DNA of 64,000 nt, from assembly GCA_020148145.1 (NCBI GenBank), contig JAHCRE010000011.1, positions 3,360 to 67,359 on the forward strand. The letters run 5' to 3'. Below, piece by piece: positions 16,793-25,106 of the stretch; the first letter of the stretch is position 1; each line of letters begins with the position of its first letter. The notes under the pieces were generated by a model. That model was given only the letters and a program-made list of their open reading frames with translations. It was not told the origin of the DNA and made no database searches. Source of the stretch: Patescibacteria group bacterium (GTDB lineage: Bacteria; Patescibacteriota; Minisyncoccia; Minisyncoccales; JAHCRE01). A program made the translations under genes and the position numbers.

Positions 16793-18145
16793 ATGCGAAG
16801 AATTTTCAACATAGAGACGGTAAAGTATATTGGGAAGGAAGTGAAAATTTGTGGATGGGTCCAGAAGAGAAGAGACCATGGAGGCATAGTTTTTTTAGAT
16901 TTAAGAGATAAATCAGGAATTTTGCAGGTAGTTTGCTCTCCAAAGTTGGTTAAAGATGTAAAAGATGAATATGTCTTAGCAGTAGAGGGAAAAGTAAAAA
17001 AAAGACCAATTAAGATGATAAATCCTAAATTGGAAACTGGGAAAATAGAAGTTTCGGCCTCAAAAATTGAAATTTTAGCTGAGGCAGCCCCCACTCCTTT
17101 TGACTTAAAAGATCAAGAATTAACTGTAAGCTTACCAACCCTTTTGGATTATCGACCCCTAACCTTGCGTCATCCAAAAATTAAAGCCATTTTCAAGATT
17201 CGAGAAGAAATTATTGAAAGTTTTAGAAAAAATATGAAAGCTCTGGGCTTTTTTGAATTTCAGGCCCCAACTATTGTTCCGGTTGCTACTGAAGGAGGGG
17301 CTGAGGTTTTTCATATCGATTACTTTAATTATGATGCCTATCTTGCTCAAAGCCCTCAGCTTTATAAACAGATTTTAGTTGGGGTTTTAGAGCGAGTTTT
17401 TACTGTTACCGGAGTCTACCGGGCTGAGCCCAGTATTACTACCCGCCATCTTTGTGAATACACCAGTTTAGATATAGAAATGGGCTTTATTGATTCCTGG
17501 GAAGAGTTAATGGATGCCTGCCAGGTTTTAATTTACAATATTTTTTCCGACCTTAAGAAAAACTGCAAAAAAGAGTTTGAGATTTTTGGTCAAAACATTC
17601 CCAAATTAAATCCAAAAATCCCTCGCCTAAAATTGCGAGAGGCTCAAAAAATTATTTTTAAAAGAACCAAAAGAGATAACCGAAAAGAACCAGATTTAGA
17701 ACCAGAAGACGAAAGGGAAATTTGCCGCTGGGCAAAAGAAAAAAAGAACTCTGAATTAGTTTTTATTACCCATTTCCCAGTTGAAAAACGACCATTTTAT
17801 ACCTATCCTGACCCTAAAAATCCAAAATATACTTTAAGTTTCGACCTCCTTTATAGAGGATTAGAAATAGTTACCGGTGGCCAGAGAATTCACCAATATA
17901 AAAAACTCTTAAAAAATATAAGAAAATTTGGCTTAAAAATAAAAGATTTTAAATATTATTTGCAGGCCTTCAAATATGGAATGCCACCTGAAGGAGGTTT
18001 TGCCCTAGGGGTTGAAAGAATAACAAAACAAGTTTTAGGATTAAGAAATGTCCGGGAAGCCAGTTTCTTCCCTCGGGACATGGGAAGAATTGACCAAAAA
18101 CTCTCTACCTTACAACCAAGGAGGAAAAAGAAAAAAAAGAAATGA
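16793..18145 (+). CDS. aspS: aspartate-tRNA ligase, archaeal/eukaryal type
   Basis: OB-fold N-terminus (GWVQKRRDHGGIVFLDLRD), QSPQLYKQ, YRAEPSITTRHLCEYTSLD, GGFALGVER; poly-Lys C-tail. Confidence 0.85.
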   Translation: MRRIFNIETVKYIGKEVKICGWVQKRRDHGGIVFLDLRDKSGILQVVCSPKLVKDVKDEYVLAVEGKVKKRPIKMINPKLETGKIEVSASKIEILAEAAPTPFDLKDQELTVSLPTLLDYRPLTLRHPKIKAIFKIREEIIESFRKNMKALGFFEFQAPTIVPVATEGGAEVFHIDYFNYDAYLAQSPQLYKQILVGVLERVFTVTGVYRAEPSITTRHLCEYTSLDIEMGFIDSWEELMDACQVLIYNIFSDLKKNCKKEFEIFGQNIPKLNPKIPRLKLREAQKIIFKRTKRDNRKEPDLEPEDEREICRWAKEKKNSELVFITHFPVEKRPFYTYPDPKNPKYTLSFDLLYRGLEIVTGGQRIHQYKKLLKNIRKFGLKIKDFKYYLQAFKYGMPPEGGFALGVERITKQVLGLRNVREASFFPRDMGRIDQKLSTLQPRRKKKKKK

Positions 18146-19098
18146 GGAAAAATCTAAAATATTTTTTAATTGCTTTTTTGATTAGTCTTCCTTTTTTTTG
18201 GGAAATAAATCTTTTAGAAAAAAGCTTAGAAGATTTTTTCTTTTGGCATGAAATTTCAAAAAATCCCCAAATATTAACTGCAAAAATAAATCTATCTGAA
18301 ATCAAAAGAAATTCAAAATCTTTTGAAATTAAAGAGGGGGAAGTTGAGGAATTCCAGGCCCAGGCAGAATCAGTAATTTCTACCTGGATTGGGCCAGATA
18401 ATCAAAAAGAAATTCTTTTTAAAAAAGAAATTGAAAAAAGATTACCAATTGCCAGCCTAACCAAATTAATGACTGCCAATGTTGTTTTAGAATACTATGA
18501 TCTTTCCCAGGCTGTTAAAATCTCCAAAGAGACAGTTTTCCAAGAAGAGGAATTTGGAAAATTGAAAGTGGGAGAAATTCTTACGGTAAAAGATCTTCTT
18601 TATCTTTTACTAATAGAATCGAGTAATGATGCGGCTTATGCCTTATCTGAGGTAATTGGCCAACCTGCCTTTGTTGAATTAATGAATTTGGAGGCAGAAA
18701 ATTTACTTTTAAAAAATACTCATTTTTCAGATTCCATTGGCCTCGATCCCAACAACTATTCAACCGCTACAGATTTAGTGAAATTTACTCAGTTTTTACT
18801 CCAAAAACCTTTAATCTGGGAAATTCTGGCTCTCCCTGAATTCAATCTTTACTCTCCAGAGAACATTTTCCACCATAAACTTTTAAATACTAACGAATTT
18901 TTAAGAGAGTGGGGAAATGACCTGGAAATAGTTGGGGGCAAAACTGGCTATACCCCTGAAGCCAAAGATTGCTTCCTGTTAGTTTTAAAAGTTCCAGAAA
19001 AAGAAGAGTTCTTAATAAATGTGATTTTGGGGTCAGAAAATAGATTTGAAGAAATGAAAAAACTGGTTGATTGGATAATCACAAACTACAAACTATAA
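18142..19098 (+). CDS. D-alanyl-D-alanine carboxypeptidase (peptidase S11/PBP5-like)
   Basis: SLTK, SSND, KTGYT motifs; ATGA overlap with aspS stop. Confidence 0.8.
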   Translation: MRKNLKYFLIAFLISLPFFWEINLLEKSLEDFFFWHEISKNPQILTAKINLSEIKRNSKSFEIKEGEVEEFQAQAESVISTWIGPDNQKEILFKKEIEKRLPIASLTKLMTANVVLEYYDLSQAVKISKETVFQEEEFGKLKVGEILTVKDLLYLLLIESSNDAAYALSEVIGQPAFVELMNLEAENLLLKNTHFSDSIGLDPNNYSTATDLVKFTQFLLQKPLIWEILALPEFNLYSPENIFHHKLLNTNEFLREWGNDLEIVGGKTGYTPEAKDCFLLVLKVPEKEEFLINVILGSENRFEEMKKLVDWIITNYKL

Positions 19099-19114
19099 AC
19101 TACAAACTGAAATT

Positions 19115-20176
19115 ATGCCGGAATTAGCTATTAATGTTATTAAAATTTTTACTCTGGGAGCAGCTGGATTTATTTTAGCATTTTTACTTACACCGATTTT
19201 AACCCATTTTTTATATAAATATAAACTTTGGCGAAAATCAGTAAGGGAAAGGGCCATTGATAGGGGAGAGGTACCCTTTTTTAAAAAATTTCATGGAAAA
19301 GAAGAAATTAGTATTCCGAGATTTGGAGGCTTACTTATCTGGGTAACAACTCTGATTTTAATTTTTTTATTTTTCATAATCTCAAAATTTACTGACATTT
19401 GGTGGCTTAAAAAACTAAATTTTTTAAGCCGAGGACAAACTTGGTTGCCTCTATTTACCTTAGTTGCAGCTTCTCTGTTAGGGCTGGTTGATGATATTTT
19501 ACAGGTTTTTGGCAAAGGGAAATATGTTGGTGGGGGATTGAGCCTTAAAACCCGCCTTATTTTGGTTTTCTTAATTGGTCTGATTGGTGCCTGGTGGTTT
19601 TATTCAAAACTTGACTGGACAACTCTGCATATTCCGGGAATAGGGGATTTTAAAATTGGAATCTGGTACATACCTTTTTTCATTTTGGTGATGATGGCAA
19701 CTTATTCAGGAGGAGTAATTGATGGGCTAGATGGTTTAGCCGGTGGAATTTTTGCCACGATTTTTGGAGCCTACTCAGCAATTGCCCTATTTTTAGGCCA
19801 GATTGATTTAGCTGCCTTCTCGGCTGTAATTTTGGGAACAATCTTGGCTTTTTTGTGGTTTAATATTCCGCCGGCCAGATTTTATATGGGAGAAACAGGA
19901 ATTTTAGGACTTTGTGCCACTTTAACCGTTATTGCCTTTTTAACTGATTCAGTGTTGGTTTTGCCAATAATTGGATTTTTATTAGTCATTGAATCGGGAT
20001 CAGTAATTTTACAGCTCCTTTCCAAGAAATTTCGCAAGAAAAAACTATTTTTAGCTGCCCCAATCCATCATCACTTTGAAGCCAAAGACTGGCCCCACTA
20101 CAAAGTCACAATGCGATTTTGGGTTATCGGAATTGTAATGGCAATTATAGGAATAGCTATCAGATTGCTTGGATAA
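19115..20176 (+). CDS. mraY: phospho-N-acetylmuramoyl-pentapeptide transferase
   Basis: 10-TM pattern, DDILQ.., DGLDGLAGG, PIHHHFE. Confidence 0.9.
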   Translation: MPELAINVIKIFTLGAAGFILAFLLTPILTHFLYKYKLWRKSVRERAIDRGEVPFFKKFHGKEEISIPRFGGLLIWVTTLILIFLFFIISKFTDIWWLKKLNFLSRGQTWLPLFTLVAASLLGLVDDILQVFGKGKYVGGGLSLKTRLILVFLIGLIGAWWFYSKLDWTTLHIPGIGDFKIGIWYIPFFILVMMATYSGGVIDGLDGLAGGIFATIFGAYSAIALFLGQIDLAAFSAVILGTILAFLWFNIPPARFYMGETGILGLCATLTVIAFLTDSVLVLPIIGFLLVIESGSVILQLLSKKFRKKKLFLAAPIHHHFEAKDWPHYKVTMRFWVIGIVMAIIGIAIRLLG

Positions 20177-20201
20177 TATGTAAAACCGTCACAAAAGAAA
20201 A

Positions 20202-20400
20202 ATAACCCAAAATCGGAGAGGGGCGATAGGGGAACTGGGTGTTCCCCCGAGGTGGAAGTATTGAAACCGCAAGGTTTCAAGGAGCGGAGCGAAGCCCCAA
20301 AGGGGGCGCTCGAGCGAAGCGCGAGAGAGCGGAGCGACGATTTTGGGTAATTGCCATTGTAATGGCAATTATAGGAATAGCTATTAGACTTTTGGGCTGA
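20202..20400 (+). repeat. GC-rich structured element (family GCE-1) plus diverged duplicate of the mraY 3' end
   Basis: 20202-20215 is the reverse complement of mraY 20114-20127; GC core 20216-20337; 20338-20400 repeats mraY 20114-20176 (52/63 nt identical). Confidence 0.8.
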
Positions 20401-20418
20401 GCTTGAACCGTAGTATAT

Positions 20419-20436
20419 TTTCTACGATCGTAGAAA
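20419..20436. promoter_or_regulatory. perfect 18-bp palindrome TTTCTACGATCGTAGAAA (candidate operator)
   Basis: ends 8 bp upstream of the -35 of the 20445 promoter; further copies at 47114-47133 and 63901-63920. Confidence 0.6.
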
Positions 20437-20444
20437 TCGCACTA

Positions 20445-20472
20445 TTGACAAAGTTTTTAAATTTGCTATAAT
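20445..20472 (+). promoter_or_regulatory. consensus promoter TTGACA-N16-(TGC)TATAAT
   Basis: CTATTGACAAAG..ATTTGCTATAAT; same architecture as 28637, 30546, 31352, 40082 and 42162(-). Confidence 0.6.
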
Positions 20473-20499
20473 CGAAATAGTAAAAATGGGGGAAATGGA

Positions 20500-20748
20500 A
20501 TGGAACTTAAAGTAGGAACGTTGGTGGTGAACAGATATCACAAAACTTTCGGAATTGTCGTAGAAGAAAAAGGAGGAGGAGAGTGGGTGCTACGATGCTG
20601 TTCTCCTCTTGGAACTGATGTTCGGGATGTTCTTAGTAAGGCTCAATTAAAGCCGCTCTTGGATATTCCAGAATCGGAGCGAGAGCTTCCTATTAAAGAA
20701 ATTCTTGAAAAATATCAATGGGGCATACTTGCTAGGGCGTTTTGCTAG
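20500..20748 (+). CDS. small protein, CCSPxG family, paralog 1
   Basis: 82 aa; W-V-L-R-CCSPLG and L-D-I-PESE motifs shared with the 31412 protein; SD-like GGGGGAAA. Confidence 0.6.
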   Translation: MELKVGTLVVNRYHKTFGIVVEEKGGGEWVLRCCSPLGTDVRDVLSKAQLKPLLDIPESERELPIKEILEKYQWGILARAFC

Positions 20749-20821
20749 AACATTTACTTAAATTGAAAATTCTTCAAAAATCCTTAAAAACATCGAAACC
20801 ACCACCTTAAATTCCCAAAAA

Positions 20822-20856
20822 GGGGTTATCCAAAATAAGGATTGACCCCGTTTTTT
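20822..20856 (+). terminator. conserved terminator GGGGTTATCC..GGATTGACCCC + T-run
   Basis: same hairpin after the paralogs at 31788-31820 and (inverted) 41786-41826. Confidence 0.7.
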
Positions 20857-20888
20857 ATTTTAAGAAAATTTTGTTAAAATATTATAAG

Positions 20889-22319
20889 ATGCCAAAGAAA
20901 TATCTTATTTTAAGAAAAAAATATCCAAGATTTGTTTTTAATAAGTATTCTTGGAGAATCTTGAATAAAAACTTATACATCTCTTTTGATTTTAAAATTA
21001 CACCTGATATCTCCTTTAAACCGAAAATAATCATAGAAAATGTTGATAAAAATAGAATTAAAAAAATAGGAGATGGGGTATTGAACAATTTAATCTTTAA
21101 TTTAGGTTTAATTGAAACCTTGAGTTATTGGAAAGCAACCTGTTCACCTGAAATTAAAATTTTAGCTGGCCCTTTAGATAAAAAACAAATTAAATGGTGG
21201 AAAGATTTAATCTTAAACGGCATGGGCCAGTTTTTTTATGAAAACAAAATTAATTTTCGAAAACCAAACTTCCTCAAAATAACAAATTTACAGAGGACGG
21301 GCCTCTGGAAGCTTTGTCACGGAGAGTTAAGAAATCGGGTTTTGGTTCCAATTGGGGGAGGGAAAGATTCAATTGTTACTTTGGAAATTTTGAAAAAGGC
21401 GAGAAAAAATATTACCTGTTTTTCTCTTAATCCAACAAAGGCCTCAAGAAAGATAATGAGAATCGCCGGCTGTAAAAAGCCAATTATTGTTCGAAGAGAA
21501 ATTGATAAAAAGTTATTTGAATTGAATCGCCAAGGATTTTTAAATGGTCATACCCCTTTTTCTGCCTATTTAGCCTTTTTAAGCGTTCTTTGTGCAGTGA
21601 TTTTCGATCAAAAACATATTGCTTTTTCAAATGAGAGAAGTTCAAACGAAGGGAATTTAAGATATTTAGGGAAAGTAATTAACCATCAGTATTCAAAAAG
21701 TTTCAATTTTGAGAGAAAATTTCGAGATTATTCAAAAAAATACTTAGCCAAAAATGTTGAATACTTTAGTTTTTTAAGACCACTTTACGAAATTCAAATT
21801 TCTAAATTATTCAGCAAATATCCTAAATATTTCTCTTCTTTTATGAGTTGTAATGAAGCTTTTAAAACTTATTCCGGGACAAAAAAACCTTTAAAGGGGT
21901 GGTGCAAAAAATGCCCAAAATGCCTATTTATTTTTACAAGTTTATATCCATTTTTAGGAAAATACCGATTGGTTAAAATTTTTGGAGAGAATATCTTTGA
22001 AAAAATTTCTTTTTTGCCAACAATGTTAGAATTAACAGACTTAAGAAAATTCAAGCCTTTTGAATGTGTTGGAACAAAAAAAGAAAGCCTGGTTGCCTTT
22101 TATTTGAGTTGGAAGAAAAATAGGGTAGGGAAGAGGTTTTTTCTTTTAAAATATTTTGAAAAAAATATCTTACCAAGACATCTAAACCTTAAAAGAGAAT
22201 CAAAAAAAATAATGAATTCCTGGTCAAATCAACACAATTTACCAAAAGAATTCGAAAAAATATTAAAAAACCCCGAAATTATGGGTTATTTCTTGACAAA
22301 TTTTGATGATTTGCTATAA
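20889..22319 (+). CDS. PP-loop-like ATP pyrophosphatase family protein in the cell-wall cluster (possible MurL-type epimerase)
   Basis: VPIGGGKDSIVTLE (SGGxDS-like), C-terminal CKKCPKC; located between mraY and murD; start moved to ATG 20889. Confidence 0.6.
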   Translation: MPKKYLILRKKYPRFVFNKYSWRILNKNLYISFDFKITPDISFKPKIIIENVDKNRIKKIGDGVLNNLIFNLGLIETLSYWKATCSPEIKILAGPLDKKQIKWWKDLILNGMGQFFYENKINFRKPNFLKITNLQRTGLWKLCHGELRNRVLVPIGGGKDSIVTLEILKKARKNITCFSLNPTKASRKIMRIAGCKKPIIVRREIDKKLFELNRQGFLNGHTPFSAYLAFLSVLCAVIFDQKHIAFSNERSSNEGNLRYLGKVINHQYSKSFNFERKFRDYSKKYLAKNVEYFSFLRPLYEIQISKLFSKYPKYFSSFMSCNEAFKTYSGTKKPLKGWCKKCPKCLFIFTSLYPFLGKYRLVKIFGENIFEKISFLPTMLELTDLRKFKPFECVGTKKESLVAFYLSWKKNRVGKRFFLLKYFEKNILPRHLNLKRESKKIMNSWSNQHNLPKEFEKILKNPEIMGYFLTNFDDLL

Positions 22320-22352
22320 TATAGATATAAATAAAACGGCGGAGGTGTAACA

Positions 22353-22490
22353 ATGAAAAGTAGTATAGTGGTCATTGACAAGAAAATGAAGGAACTATTG
22401 AGAAATAGCACCCATAGAGTGAATGGGGGAACAGTAGCTCCAATAAGAAACAAAAAAGAAAGAGACGGCCTAAGAAACTTTGGACGCTGA
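22353..22490 (+). CDS. possible small basic protein (45 aa), below the ORF-track cutoff
   Basis: SD GGAGGTG 6 nt upstream of ATG; long hairpin terminator at 22520-22575. Confidence 0.35.
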   Translation: MKSSIVVIDKKMKELLRNSTHRVNGGTVAPIRNKKERDGLRNFGR

Positions 22491-22642
22491 TCTTTCTAAG
22501 GTTGTCTCCTATCTCCTTTAGTCTCTAGTGGAAATCCTATTTTTTTTCAGGGATATCCTACTAGAGACTTTTTTTATATTTTTAAAATAGTGTTTATTTT
22601 CACTAAAATTTATGGTATTTTATAATTAGATAGGGGATAAAA

Positions 22643-24013
22643 ATGATTTTGAATGAATTAAAAAACAAAAGAGTATTGATTTTAGGCTTTGGAAGAGAGG
22701 GGATAGATAATTTTAGATTTTTGAGGAAATTGTTTCCAAAGAAAGTTTTTGGGGTAGGGGACAGGTTAAAATTAAGCGAATTAAGTAATCGAGCAAAGAA
22801 AGTGATTAAGCCGGATAAAAAGGTTAAACTTCATTTAGGCAAAAATTATCTAAAATCTCTTAAGAATTATGATCTTATAATTAAATCACCGGGAATTCCA
22901 CCAAAAGAAATATTGTCCTTTTTAAAAAAGGGACAAAAAATTACCTCTCAGACTGAAATTTTCTTTGAAAATTGCCCAGGAAAAATCATAGGAATTACCG
23001 GAACAAAGGGGAAAAGCACAACTGCCTCTTTGATTTATCAAATATTAAAAAAAGGGGTCGCCTCAAAGAAGCGAACCTCGCCCCTCGGGCGGGGGCTAAA
23101 AGTTCATTTAGTTGGAAACATTGGAAAGCCGGTCTTGCAACTCTTATTTTCAGCTACCAAAAAGGATGTTTATGTTTACGAATTATCCAGCCATCAATTG
23201 TTAAATCTTAAAAAAAGCCCAGGTTTTGCCGTATTTTTAAATTTATATCCTGAGCATTTAGATTATTACAAGGATTTTAAAGAATATATTTCAGCTAAAG
23301 CCAATGTAACTCGCTATCAGACAAAAAAAGATTATTTAATTTTTAATTCGCGAGACAAAATTGTCAGAGAAATTGCTAAAAAGTCAAAGGCTAAAAAAGT
23401 TCCAATCAATACGAAAAGTATTGAAAAAATTATTAAAATCAAAGATATTCCTTTGAAAGGCAAATTCAATCTCCAAAATGTGGCAGCAACAATTGAAATC
23501 GGAAAGATTTTTGGAATTTCATCAAGAGATATTGCTTTGGCAATTAAGAAATTCAAACCCCTGCCTCACAGATTAGAATTTATTGGCAAATTTAAAGATA
23601 TAAAATTTTATAACGATTCTCTGTCAACAATTCCTGAGACTACAATTTTGGCAATGGAGGCTTTGGGGGAAAATATTCAAACAATTATCCTTGGAGGGTT
23701 TGAGAGAAATCAGGATTTTAAGAAGTTAGTAAAGAAAATTCTAAATAGTAAAATCAAAACTGTAATATCTTTTCCAACTACCGGAGAGAGAATATGGAAT
23801 AACATCCTTCAACAGAAAAAAGGTAGACTAGCACCTAAATATTTCTTAGTCAACAATATGAGAGAAACAGTAAAATTAGCCTATCAATACACGAGCGGGG
23901 GAAAAATCTGCCTTTTATCTTGTGCCTCCCCGAGTTTTGGTATTTTTCGAGATTATAAAGAAAGAGGTAATTTATTCAAGAAATATGTAAAGAAATATGC
24001 CAAGAAACCCTAG
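22643..24013 (+). CDS. murD: UDP-N-acetylmuramoylalanine-glutamate ligase
   Basis: GITGTKGKST, Mur ligase central and C-terminal domain patterns. Confidence 0.9.
   Translation: MILNELKNKRVLILGFGREGIDNFRFLRKLFPKKVFGVGDRLKLSELSNRAKKVIKPDKKVKLHLGKNYLKSLKNYDLIIKSPGIPPKEILSFLKKGQKITSQTEIFFENCPGKIIGITGTKGKSTTASLIYQILKKGVASKKRTSPLGRGLKVHLVGNIGKPVLQLLFSATKKDVYVYELSSHQLLNLKKSPGFAVFLNLYPEHLDYYKDFKEYISAKANVTRYQTKKDYLIFNSRDKIVREIAKKSKAKKVPINTKSIEKIIKIKDIPLKGKFNLQNVAATIEIGKIFGISSRDIALAIKKFKPLPHRLEFIGKFKDIKFYNDSLSTIPETTILAMEALGENIQTIILGGFERNQDFKKLVKKILNSKIKTVISFPTTGERIWNNILQQKKGRLAPKYFLVNNMRETVKLAYQYTSGGKICLLSCASPSFGIFRDYKERGNLFKKYVKKYAKKP
23054..23096 (+). repeat. GC-rich segment inside the murD reading frame, in frame (~14 extra residues)
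   Basis: GGGGTCGCCTCAAAGAAGCGAACCTCGCCCCTCGGGCGGGGGC encodes VASKKRTSPLGRGL just before the conserved GNIG motif. Confidence 0.5.
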
Positions 24014-25106
24014 TCATTTAGATTATGCTTTAGTTGGGATAACAGTTTCGCTCTTAGTGTTAGGGGTCTTGATAATATCCAGTGTCTCAGCCTCTGTCTC
24101 TCAAGAAAGATTTGGTCAAACTCTTTATTATCTAAAACACCAGGTTCTTCTTGGAATTTTACCGGGGGTAATTTTAGCAATTGTTTTTTTGAAAATTCCT
24201 CTAAATTTTTTAAAAAAAAGGGTTCCGGTTTTGTTTTTAATTAATCTTGGGGTTTTGGGGATGGTTTTTTTACCTAAAATTGGAGTTTCTCTTGGGGGAG
24301 CAGCTAGATGGATAAATTTAGGACCTATTTCTCTACAACCAACAGAGTTTTTAAAACTTACTTTTATACTTTATTTAGCCAGCTGGTTAAGTAGTAAAAC
24401 TGAGAAAGTAACTTTAACTAAAAAATCAAAAAAGTTTAGCCAAACTCTGGTCGCCTTTTTAATAGTAATGGGATTAACGAGTTTACTTTTAATCCGTCAA
24501 CCAGATATTAGCACTTTGGGAGTAATTGTTTTGGTAGGAATACTAATTTATTTTTTAGCTGGTACGCCTCTTTGGCATAGCATTTTAATGATTTTGGTTA
24601 TGATAGCTGGCTTATTGGTTTTAATAAAAATTGCTCCTTATCGAGCAGAGAGGCTTTCAGTTTTTTTTAACCCCGAAATTGACCCGATGGGAATGGGTTA
24701 TCAAATAAAACAAGCCTTAATTACCGTAGGGTCAGGAGGAATAACAGGTCTTGGATTAGGAATGTCTAAAGCAGGCTTTTTGCCTCGCTCAATGTCAGAT
24801 TCAATTTTTGCCATTTTTGCCGAAGAGACAGGATTTATAGGAAGTTTAATTCTAATTTCCCTTTTTTTGATTTTTTTCTGGCGAGGGTTTAAAATTGCAA
24901 AAGAGGCTCAAGATAAATTTTCTCAATTAGCTGCTTTAGGAATTAGCTCCTGGATTATCATTCAAGCCTTTGTTAATATTGGATCAATGGTAGGTATTCT
25001 GCCCTTAACTGGCATTCCTTTACCATTTATTAGTTACGGTGGATCACATTTAATTTCAGAACTCATCGGAGTAGGAGTACTATTAAATATATCAAAACAT
25101 TTATGA
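23997..25106 (+). CDS. ftsW: SEDS-family peptidoglycan polymerase FtsW/RodA
   Basis: 10-TM pattern, LQPTEFLK, GIPLPFISYGGS. Confidence 0.85.
   Translation: MPRNPSHLDYALVGITVSLLVLGVLIISSVSASVSQERFGQTLYYLKHQVLLGILPGVILAIVFLKIPLNFLKKRVPVLFLINLGVLGMVFLPKIGVSLGGAARWINLGPISLQPTEFLKLTFILYLASWLSSKTEKVTLTKKSKKFSQTLVAFLIVMGLTSLLLIRQPDISTLGVIVLVGILIYFLAGTPLWHSILMILVMIAGLLVLIKIAPYRAERLSVFFNPEIDPMGMGYQIKQALITVGSGGITGLGLGMSKAGFLPRSMSDSIFAIFAEETGFIGSLILISLFLIFFWRGFKIAKEAQDKFSQLAALGISSWIIIQAFVNIGSMVGILPLTGIPLPFISYGGSHLISELIGVGVLLNISKHL

Noticed and set aside
20114-20400. Diversity-generating retroelement (VR/TR pair at a gene 3' end)
   Set aside because: No reverse transcriptase is nearby. The differences between the two copies are not adenine-specific and are almost all synonymous. 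The target is a housekeeping membrane enzyme.
22972-23211. 79-aa alternative-frame ORF inside murD
   Set aside because: It exists only because the GC-rich in-frame insertion removes stops in that frame. The murD frame carries all the Mur ligase motifs.
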